Shown piece after piece: positions 11,296 through 24,200 of a stretch of 64,000 nucleotides of DNA (positions within the stretch are counted from its first letter, which is position 1; every line of letters starts with the position of its first letter). A program made the translations under genes and the position numbers. This stretch comes from Ascidiella aspersa (Eukaryota): assembly GCA_963924565.1 (NCBI GenBank), contig OZ004610.1, positions 13,640,001 to 13,704,000 of the forward strand, read 5' to 3'. The notes beneath the pieces were generated by a model. The model saw only the letters and a program-made list of their open reading frames with translations, was not told the DNA's origin and ran no database searches.

Positions 11296-14200
11296 TTTGA
11301 CGGGAGGTTCTTCTGTGCTTTCGACGACGAAGAGTGCTTTTTGGTTTATGTTTTAGTTCGCTTGAGTTTATTTAATGTGTTTCATCGGGATTTCGCTGAA
11401 AAGTTAAAACGTTTGTTTATTTAAGCTATAGATGGGCGCATTTTTTCTTTATACGCGCGATTTGTTTTGCGAGCTCGACTCAAATTTGCTGAATGTATTT
11501 AACTCATTTTTTATGACGTGATTTTCCATCGTAATATTTTAAAGTTGGTATTTCACCTCTCAATCAAGCATCTTAAATCCATACCATGGTTTGTTGTATC
11601 AGGGGGCCGTACAAGAATCCGCCAAGCCCAAGGGGCGTTAATACAAAAAGGTGAACACTTGTCTACAAAAATAACATGCTTAGAATAGTAAATTGTAAAC
11701 TTAGCCTTACTGAAAAGGTATTTATGTGTCCGATGCACCAAGTCTATTTTCAAGGTAAGCCATAAGCTGCTGTACATGGAGAAAAAGGTTAATCACAAAA
11801 ATCAGCTTTTTGCACGGACTTAATGCTTGGATCTTGATGAACAAAATCGTATTCGACGGAGGCAACAGCTGTATATAGAAAAGTCTGATATACGTGATAG
11901 AAAGTCTCATAAACTTGATGTTTCAAAATGTTTATAATTTATGTTGCACAATTTTAGCTGAAAACAAAACATTTTTCGTATTGTTTTTTCACCATGTGCA
12001 ATAGACAATCGGCACCAGCTAAGTGACATCGCAAAATATTCCTCTACATCAGTGGTTCTAGTCTAAGTTAACACGGCGCAACATGCCATATTATATATTT
12101 ACAAACCCGCCTTTAGGCTAGAGTTTATTTTAAAGGCTAAAAAAACAAATACTTATTTACATAGTTAAACTTTGCTAAAAGTATATTTTGGGGAAGGGCG
12201 GGGCTTGGTAAACCTGTGCGGTGGCGGAATTAGCCAAAAATTTCAACAATTTTGAAATTGAACTAGTAAGAATATTTGGTTTAGCACACCGCCTATCAAT
12301 GCGGAAAAAGACAAGACACCCAGAGTACGCAAACTATAATGTAATAAATTGACACTGAAGCTGCTATACCTCACAGAGAAAAATCGACTTTATAAAAAAC
12401 ATAAGCATATAAAATAACTATTTATAACGAATATATAATGACACTATGATTAAAAGTCCGTTCGTCGCTTCCCGCCAGCGAGGCTCGTTACAACTCGACC
12501 TATATTTTATTTTATCCTTTCACGATGACAACGAAGCACACAAATCTGAGAGCCGATCGAAAGTCGTCGCTAAGCGTAACGATGTTTTGACCCGTTTCAT
12601 ACATAAAAAAAAACGCTTAGCCTTAACTTGCAGGTAATGCCTTGGTAATTTCAATTGCCGTGCTAACTCTTGGGTAATCTTGAGCGCTCAAAAGAACAAC
12701 TGATTGAGTTTTAACGCAATACTCTGTACCCCCTGGCTACGCCTATTACCCTCGGATGCACAATGAGCAAAAAACTGTTAGGCACACCAGCTTTAAAAAA
12801 ATACAGTACATTGTTTGTACGGCTATCACGTTAAACAAACATAAAAAAATAAAATATTACTAAATAGCTTCCGGCCCACTATAAATGGCTGACAGGCCCA
12901 TAGTTTACCGACCACTGTTCTACGTTCTACATTATCGAACAGCAGTCTTCATATGTTGCGTCCCTGTTGTTGTTGGCTGCATGTGGCAAGTTTGCTGGTG
13001 TAAATGTATTCCGGGCGATAAACGCGAAAAAGTGTGCACACGAAAGAGGCAGATGAAGGTGTGAGAAAACGTGAGAGAAAATAGAGATCCGTCCGGGGTG
13101 GCGGTTGCATTGGCTTTTTATTGGGCGAGGATCGAAGTGCCGATGTAACCTTTGGTCGAATTCACGAAAAAAAACAAGGAGACGTCGAAGGCCAGACACA
13201 AAATAAATGATCACGAAATGTGAGAAAGCTAAGTATTCCAACGGCTCGACAACGCCGTCACTTTGCTGACAAATCGTTGTTGCAGAGTAAGAAATAAAGC
13301 GTTGTGAAATAGCAACGTAATAAAGACATTTTTCTGTAACTCACACGTGTTAGGTGAAAGTTTACAACACGACCAGAAGCGAAAATGAAAAATAAAAATA
13401 CAGATAGCGAAATACCTGGTGATTCTGTGGTATACTAGAAGCACATTGGGATGTTATCTGCGGATGTCAAGGCACTGTGAAAAATACGAAAGATTCGGCA
13501 ATGAGGGTAAATAGCAAATGTTAAATGACTTTTTTGTTTAAATGCCATAAAAACGAAAACAAATCGTTACAAGTTTCACTTTTGAATTTCACTTTTATCA
13601 CATTTTCACAGCAAAAATTGAACGTAACAAAACACCTGACCGAAACCAAGCTTTCTTGGGTAAAACCGTGAAGCAAATTTTAAGCCGGTAAGAAAGCATT
13701 TAGAGAAGTAAATCACTTTATGTAAAGCAACAGTGGCCGTTTTTGTTATGACAGCACCGATTTTATAGACAAACAACTTGAAAGTTGACGTGCTCGGGGA
13801 ACGATTGCTTAAACAAAAAGAAAAACGAAAGAAAATAACGGCGACAAATCCACAAAAGGAAACACGCGTTTCAGACACGAAACAAGAAATAAACGATATT
13901 GCATTTTTAGCAAGCAGATAGTACGTTTTTCCATTTCACGTATCAAAGTGCACATGCGCGATTCGGTAACCGGCCAGCCGATCGAAAGCTCCAAAATGGG
14001 TTAAATTGGCTTTAGAGAATTCGAAACACGTGTTCGTATAATTTTTTGGGTGTGGCATGGATAGTAGTGACATAACATGTAAAATTCGTCGAATGGCAAT
14101 GGTGGGTTATCTATCGTGTATATTGCCGTTGTAGTGTAATCTCAAATACGGCAATGCGATGTTAAACAAAAGACGTGGCTGGACGAACAAAATCAACGGA

Positions 14201-15235
14201 CGACGTTAAATGATGTAGAAAAATGTCAGGCGACTAAGGCAATTTATTTAGCACGCATATTTTACTATACAGGAACTACTGGGTGATTTTATGTCATAAT
14301 ATACAATTTTATATAAGTTAAGTAATATTTGACTATAATTCATTTATCCCAGCGTTACTTCCCATGATAAATCGCTTCTCTATGATTTATGCCTGTTCAT
14401 TTTGTGATATGTTAAATATATGCTTTAGTAACACCAGGAATTCACCTTGGGTAGTTCCACTTTTGCAATGATTAATGCGCCCAGGACAAACTACAAAGCA
14501 GCTAAGACCCTGAACAAATGAAAAAAATGCAAATTCGAAACTTAGCAGCAAAGTTGTCTGGTCGGAGCAAATTATGCGGCACGCCAGTGCAAAGTTATTA
14601 CCTATATCCCCCTAGGATTAGGCACTTTGGTTCGGTTTCGCGCCTCGGTAATTTCGAACGACATGCACAAAAAAAAACGATTTTTTTTACATTAGAATAG
14701 AATAAAGAAAATTCGCCACAGAAATGAACCCAGTGACTGCGAAAAATATGTAGTAAGAACAAAAACGATAAAGTAAGAGCAGAAACGATAGTGCGTTCAT
14801 AACGATGCTTTTCCATTGTAAATTTAATTTAGTATTTGAGCCGATTTTTTAGTTTGTGTTGCACTAAGGCTCGATGATAAACTTATGTGCTAACGAATTT
14901 CCGCAGCAAAAAATACTTTTAACGTCTAACCAGATGAATCATTATCTACATTTGTCTAGGTGGAGCACAGTCGCTCCAAAAAAAAAAATAATACGGGGGT
15001 AGACACTCAAAAGAAAATCAAAACGCAAAGTTGGAGACATTCGCCACCAAATGCGAGGGCGGAACTTACGGTACAAATCGCAACACAACACGGACAAACG
15101 AACGAACCCTACATTGAACGAAAAATATTCGGTTGAAGAAACGCAAACACCCGGTGGGCTTTAGGTTGACGATAATAGGAAGCAACGTAAAGCCATTGCC
15201 AGTCGGACAGATTGTGCAAATGGGAGCTCGATGGT

Positions 15236-18200
15236 TCACAAGGGCGATTCGACCACCTGTCGGGAGGGTTCCACAGCAGGGCCGGTGCTCTCGACCAGTC
15301 GCGCCGGCTTGTAGGCCATCAGGCTGAGGCCGAAAAACAAGATACTGGCGCCCTGGAAAACAGATCGCGTAACCTTTGTTATCGGAAAATCCTGTTTTAC
15401 ATGTATGTCTCGGGGCCATTTTAGATAGTGTTTGACTGTGTTGTTTCTATAGAAATGACACTTTGTTGTTTACGCGAACAAACGTTTTAAGATCAGTAGG
15501 GGTATACCGTTATTGATCGTTACAAGTGAAACAAATTCTTCTCATCAGAGATTATACAAAATTTATACAGAAGATCACCTGCCGCATACAATTGTAAAAA
15601 ACTCCATCCTATATTTGATGTGATTAAAATTGGTTAGGTTTTCATATTTTGCAGAACTTTATTAGGTGGTACTTGCAAGATTTTCAAACGTTTCTAATGT
15701 AACACGTTGCTTTCCACATAGTCGTAACAAATATTCTTGCGTAAAAAGGTAACTACAGTATTCCTAAAACATGATATTGAATAGAGCAAGCTATGCGGTC
15801 CTTAACAAAGGGGAAAAGAGCATACCTTGTAAATGACCGAGAGTATGAGCAGGCTGAAGGAGAGCTCTTGGTTTTTGTACATCATGCACGAGCCGTGGTC
15901 CTTTGAGCAGTCCTGGTTTTGGCTCCAGATCTGACAAGTGCTGTCAATCATGGCGCCGAATATGATCGGGCCAGGAATGGTGCCCAAGGTGCGAATCAGG
16001 ATCCACTGGACACCCACTGAAAGCGAACGTAGGCGCTGGGGGAAGCACCTGGTCGGAGAAGGGAGTAAAATGTTTTAGGTCTATAAGGCAAGGCAACCAT
16101 CGTAAAGGCCAGTAGCTCCAAACATTCTTGGCTTATGACCCTCGACAGCAGACCTGGGCAAACTGCGGCCTACGAACAGGATCCGGTCCGCGGTTTGTTT
16201 TCCATAATACTTTTAAAAGCAAAATTAAACCTTCTCGATTTTTGATATTAAAATATTTTATTCATTTAAACAGTGGTTTCTAAATAAGGGTCGCGGTCCA
16301 GGGGCTAAGATTTCGAAAACTTTAAAAGTGATTGCGACAACAAAAAATTAAGAACCGATGATTTAAAAGGAATCATAAGAAAACACCAGTGTTCAGTATA
16401 TATGCTGAGAAGTGTCAATGTAATATTTCAACACAGCCCTTTATACTCTCAGTTCGCCAAAACCAATTCCTTGTGGGAAAAACACACGCAAAAGTTTTCA
16501 AAATTAGCATAACTGTATTTATCACGATTTTTGCAACATTTCAATCGTTACTGGAAAACTTTCGATGCAACGAGCCTTTAAACTTAAACATACGTGTGTT
16601 TGATGCGTTTTTTCAACATTTCATACCATGTCCTTCTGTCCAGCACAAGAACGTCGTGTCACAAGTGATCAGCAATCGCATCACTGATAAGCGAAAGTGC
16701 GTTGGTGGCAAAGACTTTTGAAATATGTTTAGTGTTTTATTGTTTGTATTGCACCAACCTGAGGGACAGATCAACCCCGGGAACGGCGCACATGAAAGTG
16801 GTCGATATGACGAGGAAGAGGCCCACCAGAATGACGTCATGCCACCAGCAGGGCCGAAAGCACTTGCCGCGAGTGGCTGTTCCAAGAAGCGAAACTGCGA
16901 ATTAAGGAGAATGAGTTTAAGCGCCATACGAACAAACAATATAAGCACAGGCGCAACAATTCAGGCCGAATAAAAAGCGATACAACAAAAGGTCGAGGGA
17001 CAATATATCAAGAAGCTTGAAAAAGGCTATTCTTGCCCTAGACGTGTTGTGATAATAATGAACGAGCGGAGAGAAACAGCGATTGCGTAACAGTGGCTTG
17101 CGGCGAAAAATATGCCAAGATCCTGGTTATGTTCAGCCCCAAAATAGCACACACACAGAGTGATTGGTGGCGAACTGTCAAGACAAGGAAGCAAATAGTG
17201 GAAAGGCGCATTTTGCTGGTGGGCGGTAACCGCAGTTTTGCACAAGTTCGCGTGGGCCACACATTTAGGGGCAGCAGGGCGCCGTTGTACCATTTCTCAT
17301 CTATAGGTGGGGGGTCGGTATGGCGGCGAGCGCAGAAGTTGAAAAGGATTTTTTTTTATTGCTAACACCGGCGACGCTAACCGTACCATTGCTCGTCGCA
17401 TCACCATGGATGATTTTCAAAAGTTTCCCGTTTTCTTTTCTTATATTGTCCCATTTTGCCCTTTCATCATCTCAACTCATTTTAAAGTTATGCATCATTG
17501 GGCATGTTACGGCTTTTATTTATGATTGATCGATAGTACTTTGTATTTGTTGGTAATGCAAAAGGTAAATTTGATTGCCCGACGCAACGTTGTTACTGAC
17601 GATTATAACCACTCGGAATCGCCAACGTTGAATTAAATTGCACACTTTTTTTTTGTAGACCCATATAAAAATAAATGGCCGCGTAAAGCAGAGGGAAATG
17701 CAATTTATTTTAGCGAGCTTCAGCAATCACCTAATCGCCGCACTCTTGCATTATTCAGAGTTGGTCAATTTTATCGCAAACAAAATACTCGGCTTACCGA
17801 AAGCTGTCAAACAGTTTCCTATCGAAAGGTGGCGATCAATCTCTCGGCACACTGTTGTAATTCGATAACACAATTGGAATTGTGGTCTGGGCGTGTATCG
17901 TGTTGCAATGTTCGACTGCTGTTTGCGCTACAATGCGAAAACTTGTTTTTACTGCACCAGCGCGTCCTCGCGCCAAAGGGCCATGTATTATTCAGTTTCG
18001 ACACATGCGTTTTTTTAAAAATAAAATTTAAGGTTTTTGCGCTACGTGCAACAATCTGCAACTTTCCTCCTTAACCCTGGATTTTGAAGCGTGCGTCACA
18101 CGGGAGAGTGGCATGAAATATTGATTAAGGCCGGAAGCATCGTACCATATCTAAAGGCAATTTAAGACAAAAACGACTACTTTTACGCGTAAAAATCTAT

Positions 18201-21200
18201 TAGGCGTGACTAAGTACATCGACAAGTTAAAATCAAAAAATCAAGCTGATCGCGATGATGGAAACTAAAGGTAAACTGTTGGGCCGATGCACATCAATAA
18301 TTGAAGACATTTGGCCCTTCAATATAAAGTTTATTCGCGGCGACAGCACTGGAGACGTGGATCGTCTCGATGATAATGTCGAATCGTCATTTGATTAGGC
18401 CGCTTTAGCGTCAGACGAAGCTTCTAAGCTGTGGTTGCGCTGCTATTTCGAGCATAACCAATCGAAATTGCTGTCTAAGGAATGCTGCCTTCAGCTTAGG
18501 GTGCTGGGACTGCTGGGGGCAACGGAAATATAGACAAGGCCTAAGAGTCGCAAACCTTCTGACGCGAATGTGGCAAATATAAAGACATATTTTCGAATGG
18601 TTCGTCTTTTAATTATAAAACTGTGTCCAGGCCACTTTCTTTGGTTACCGACATTCCTGTGTGAGTGTGTGGTTGCCTCAGTAGGCAACAGAACAGTTTA
18701 ATTTATATAAAATAAAGAAGTTTAAACTCATTTCCTAATTTAAATATATAAGCTTAGTTTTAAAAGATGTATACCTGCTAAGTGCTAACCAAATTTTCCG
18801 AATTTAAACAGTTTTTTTTAAAGCGTTCGAAATGTATTTCAAAAGAATTGTAGGAGTCCACATTTTGTCGCGGGCCATAAGATGCACTTCGTTTTTTATA
18901 CCAGGCCAATGTTGCATGGGCCAATCCAGTATTTTAGATTGGGGAAGGGGCATAAAAAATCTTACATATGACGCCACAAGTTGACTCGTTACATAATATT
19001 TCATAGTATGGTATGCCGTAATGCACAACAAAAAAACAAACATTAGAACACTGGTATGACATACCAATTACATATGACCCGCGGGCCTTTAGTTGGACCA
19101 CGCTGCGCTATACAATGATTTACCTTCATTTGCTTTACACAGGAAAAAACGAATCTAAGGAGCTCTGTCAGGCTTTCGACATAAACTACGTTGAATAAAG
19201 CAGCATATATTTACCTGACAAAGAGTCGTTGAAATTGTCCCCGACCTTCGACGAGACACCACTCACATTTGGAATGCACGAACAGTTGGTATATATCTGG
19301 AAAAATAAACAAAACATGCCGGGCGTGAATAATTCAAGCGGTGTCGTCTGTCGGTTCCAGACGAGCAACCGATACTAGGTTCGTGCTGCCGGGAATTTTC
19401 AACCAAATACGGCCACAACTTCCTCCTACGTACTTTATTCAGGGTCACGATACACTAAAGTCGGCCGCGAAACATGTCTCGATTGCTAAACCTTCTACCT
19501 TATAGGCGGCAGGGAGCTTTCGAAGGCACAAGCATTGAGGTGGGGTCACAAACCTATTTTTACAGGGTGGTGGGCTGCTAGTGCAGTAGCTATTTTAATC
19601 GCGGTGGTTATATTGTAAATTACATAGTTGCTGTTAAACAGTGTTTTAATGCAGTTTTGAAATCTACCATTTTTGAAAATCCTAATGCAGTTTTGAAATC
19701 TAGAAAAGTCAACGGCAGAAATTTTTAAATCACTAAATATTTACATAACGATCAGTGAAAAATGTTTATTGTTGGTCGCGCTAAGCGAGAGTATGCGTAT
19801 ACCCTCAGTAGAGCAAATAACTAACACAGTGTTTCGCAACCTTCTTTGGCTTGCGGTACCCTAAAGAAATTATAAATAGTTCGCGGCAGCCCAATTTTGG
19901 GCACTTTTATTGTACCCCAAAAAATTATCAAGAAGCCTACCAATATAGCAAAAATTGGAATCCTAAAGAATGTGAAATATTTCTACATACATTTTTGCAT
20001 TACTCTCTATATTGGTGTAGTACAAACCAGGACTGCGGAGTCGGACTCGGACTCGGGACTCGACGGAGTCGGTTTGTTTTGCCGGAGTCGGACTCGGGAC
20101 TCGAGTAAGACTACCCGAGTCCCGAGTCCGACGTGCGCATGCGCAGTATCAAATTTAAAAAACTGTTAAGGCGGCAAAATGTAAGTTGTAAAAGTGTAAT
20201 AGCAAATGGTGAAATATTTTTAAACCATGTAATGCGGGTGGATCAATTATGACACCAATATGAATGGATTGCAGAAAATCCACCTTAATTTAGTTTGCGT
20301 AAATGGGTAAAATACAGGCTGTAGAGTCAGAGCAGGACTCGGGACTCGACAAAATCTTACATTTGGCCGGAGTCGGACTCGGGTAACCGACTCCGCAGCC
20401 CTGGTAGAAACGAACGAGACTTTTACCTGCTTGTCGGGAGAGAGGGCGGTGCAGCCGGCCAAGCAGGCCGAGGAGTAGGTGACGTCATCGGAGCCACACA
20501 CGGGGTTGAATCCACCGCTGGCGCAGTTGCACGCCTCGTTGCAGGTGGACGACATTGACAAAGGCGCTTCGGGTCTACAAGAAAGCACATATTTTCGGCA
20601 CGTTTATTTGAAGACTTCGTTGCGATCCAACAGTTATGTTTGCCTCGTACTTGTAGGGTAGCCATATAACTGCTTATCTTTTGGTGATTTTGTCCGTACG
20701 TCGGTGCAACTTTCGCATTCCCAGTTAATATTTGGTTTAGGACTACAAAACGTTAAACTACGAAACATGCAACTTTTGACTTTTGAGCATTTCTTAAAAT
20801 TATGTTTTAGGGTTGCCACTTGCTACACCATTTTTTGAAAAAAATTCAAAGATATTAAAAACTTCTTAAAAAATAACTATAGCATTTCAAAAATTTAAAA
20901 TTAGATCTAATAAGAATATCAAAGCCCATACAGAAGTAGGTATGGGCTTTGATATTCTTATTACGTCTTACTATAACCTCCAACCATTATGCTCTAAAAT
21001 TAGATCGCTTGACGTTTTTTAATATAATTTGAAAACAAAACAGTAAAACTGCTATGGTCAACACGATATAAAATAGTTCAAAAGTTGTGTTTTTACCGAA
21101 CTTACTTAACATTTAATTTAAAGCTGAACATGAAATAAAAGTCCAAGACTGTTTAAAGACTTTTGAAGATTTTAAGATTTGTGGCAACCCTTCGTTTCCA

Positions 21201-24200
21201 CATTTAGGGTCTGTTCTTGACCGTTATTTTTAGCAGCGCATGTGAACAATAAATACCTAAAAAAAAGTATATTCAGAGATCGTCAAACATACACTCGTGG
21301 ATTACCAATAATACTGGGTGAACCACAGTAAGTGACCTGAACGTACGTTATAGACCACTAGCATATTACGTAGTTTATGCCACTTTTATTGTTTTAACTC
21401 TCGTATATATACTGTCGATTGTATGCCGACAATAAGCTGGAGGTCGCAGTTCAGATTTCACATGGACTATTTTTAACTATCCTCTCGCGAATAATAAACC
21501 ATGAACGATTGCATCCATCCTGTTGGTCGAAACATTTCAACAGAGTGCAATACATTGCTTACGTGCTTTGATACCCGGCTAACTAAGGCAGCGTCCTCAT
21601 GCTATGCTTACGCTGCATTTTCCAACAATGGCGCAACTAAAAAATGCCCGAAGCGTTCCCTTGGAGGCGTCGATATCTAACGGCGAGGAGCGTATGACTT
21701 AATATTTTTGACCTGAAGCCGGTTTGGTGTTGCCGGTTCTTGCGACTGCCGCTGTTGAAATCAAATTTACTGCAGTGCAGGGCGTCGTCACTCGATATAT
21801 GGGTTGGCGCCCAATTTCCGTCGATCGCAATCATATCTATCGCGCCTCGTGTCTGTTCCCGGTTCGAGCAGCTATTTACTTAGCTGCTGTTGTTTGTTAT
21901 TTTGAAAATGCGCTGTACACCAGAAGTGCGACATCAGTAATATGTGGCCAACAGCCGGGTACTGCAATAACCCATCGATTTGTGTCAGACGGGACGAGTC
22001 GGTTACAACAATTATATGTTTGATTTGGGAACCCCAAATACAAACAGGTTATGTTAGACGTGACATAAAATTAAGATGGTGCACAAAAACGAGATTTCAG
22101 ATATTTAAGTTTCTACGACTTAAGAAAGAATTACTACATTATTCCGTATTTTTTTTTTTGAAAAGTTAGTTGTAATATTCAAAGGCCACACACGTTGCTA
22201 ACTATTATCGAAAACAAAAAATGCCTGTTTGTCTACGAACTATTACATTTTACGCCTTGGCGCGCCCTGTGAATTCTGTCATAGAACAACATGTACAGCG
22301 AGAAACGATTGAAGGGTAAAATCGTATCATTACTAATAAGGCGGGCCGTTTTAAACAACACAGGTATTACAAGTACAAACATTACTAAGTGTCACACAAG
22401 GCGAAGTCGTTACAAGGAAAACAACGAGCTTATTATTGCCTAATGCATATTTATAAAAGTATAGAAAAAATATGGATTTTTTTTACCAAACAAACTTTTA
22501 TGTATTTTTTTGAATATTGAGAATTTCTTAAAGGCAATAAGGCCTTAACTACGTGTAATACGATTTAAGTCCGATATTTTTACCCGAATAAATATTTGCT
22601 AACATATGTTGAATAAAACAGATTAAGAAAAATGATGTGAGGGATTACTTTTTTCGTAGTTTCCCTAACTGTACATAAACAGTGCGTACCTCCTACTTTT
22701 GATAGGAAATGATTTGCTAAAATTTGCTTTAATGATACCAAAAAACTACCGCATCCAGCGTTAACCGCAAATATCGTTCAATTAACTGGTCCAAAGAGGG
22801 AATATACTTTCCAAAACTATCACACTTTCGTTAGTTGTCCAAAATTGCTAATAAGGGCATAAAGTTGCTTGCGTACCGGCCGGAAAGTCCTCGCGTCTTA
22901 TTACAGGGGTACTGGTACCCCAGGTTGCAAAACCACTGGATTACAGTTATAGCTGAGAGTAACTTACGATTGCGAGGGGTAAGGGTGGTTGATTCCGGCC
23001 AGCGGAATGTCGTCGCAGTGGAGCGTGAGCGCGAAGAGCGCAAAAAGTCCCAGCAGGCTGACGCAGAAGCACATGCGCAGCGAGCTCCTGTAGCCCAGCT
23101 TGAGTCCGCTCATGAGAAAGGAGCCCACCAGCATTCCACCTGCTCCGGCCGGGATGCACACGTAACCTGCGACCAAAGGCAAGCGCGTCAACGGTCGGTT
23201 GACGAATGTTGAAAAGGTAAGGCGGACATAAGCTCGTGGGGTAAATACTTTAGCTTGGTAAAATTAATTCATAGAATACTTAACACATTTTTTTAGTTAT
23301 TAAGTTAGTATTCTACATTTAGTATAATATATATATGCCAATTTATATAATAAACTTAACTAGAAGTTTATTTAAATGCTATCAGACCAGTAACTAAAAA
23401 AATGTGTTAAGCATTCTATGAATTTGTCTTGCCCACTTTTAGTTTTACCAAGTTGAAGTATTTTCCAGCTCGTAGAGGTATAGGTTTGTGTGAGCAGCGT
23501 TTTACTTCAAAAAGTGCCCGAATGCCCTACCTAATATAACGCCTTTGCCGGATGAACGTTTTTAAACACTTAAGATAAATGACAGGATTTTTATACACAC
23601 TGCTACTGCAAAGCATATACGTTTCATATATAAATCTTATCTTCCACCCAATTTTCATTAACAGGTCCTAAAAACACAATGCATGTCTGATTGAAACTGC
23701 TTTTGAATAAACCACATTATCGCATATACGCCATAAAAATTGTAATGCAGAAATAGCATGACAGGAAACAAGGGCATCAAAACCACGTTTGCATTGAAGC
23801 GCACAAAACCGAGCCATAACCTATAACATTTGATCAAAGCGTGGCCGACATCGTGTTTTCTTATATGCTGTAAAGCGGTGTGGTTTGGCACATGCGACAA
23901 AGTTCTGGTAATCCATGTTTCCGACTAGTTTCGCCACTTTGAAAGGAACATGTTGTCAAGTAATGTTCACTTCACAGCAAGTGCCAACTGTGAAGCTTTA
24001 ACACCCATAGATCGAAACCACTATATAGCCATAGAACATCGACGCCGAAACCAAATAAGACTTCGTTGCTACTGATTAAAGCTTACCGAACAAATTTGCA
24101 GCGTCGGACGCAGATTTTCCGAACTGCGACTCAATGAACTTGGGGCCAAATGTGGAGAAGCCGGACACCAAAGTTCCCAGGACGGCGGCGGCCATGCTCA

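Larger units (their letters stand above)
9854..11335 (-). mobile_element. Non-autonomous ORF1-only non-LTR retroelement (half-L1/HAL1-like, L1/Tx1-type ORF1)
   Basis: 15-bp direct repeat GCTTTTTGGTTTATG at 9839-9853 and 11336-11350. A9 tail (T run 9855-9863), AATAAA at 9938-9943 (minus strand), 40-nt leader before the ATG at 11295. No endonuclease or RT coding capacity between the TSDs. Confidence 0.8.

Noticed and set aside
12050-12917. Large degenerate hAT element
   Set aside because: CAGTGGT/ACCACTG ends match only briefly and the flanks agree at 6 of 8; the interior looks like mixed fragments, so boundaries cannot be supported.
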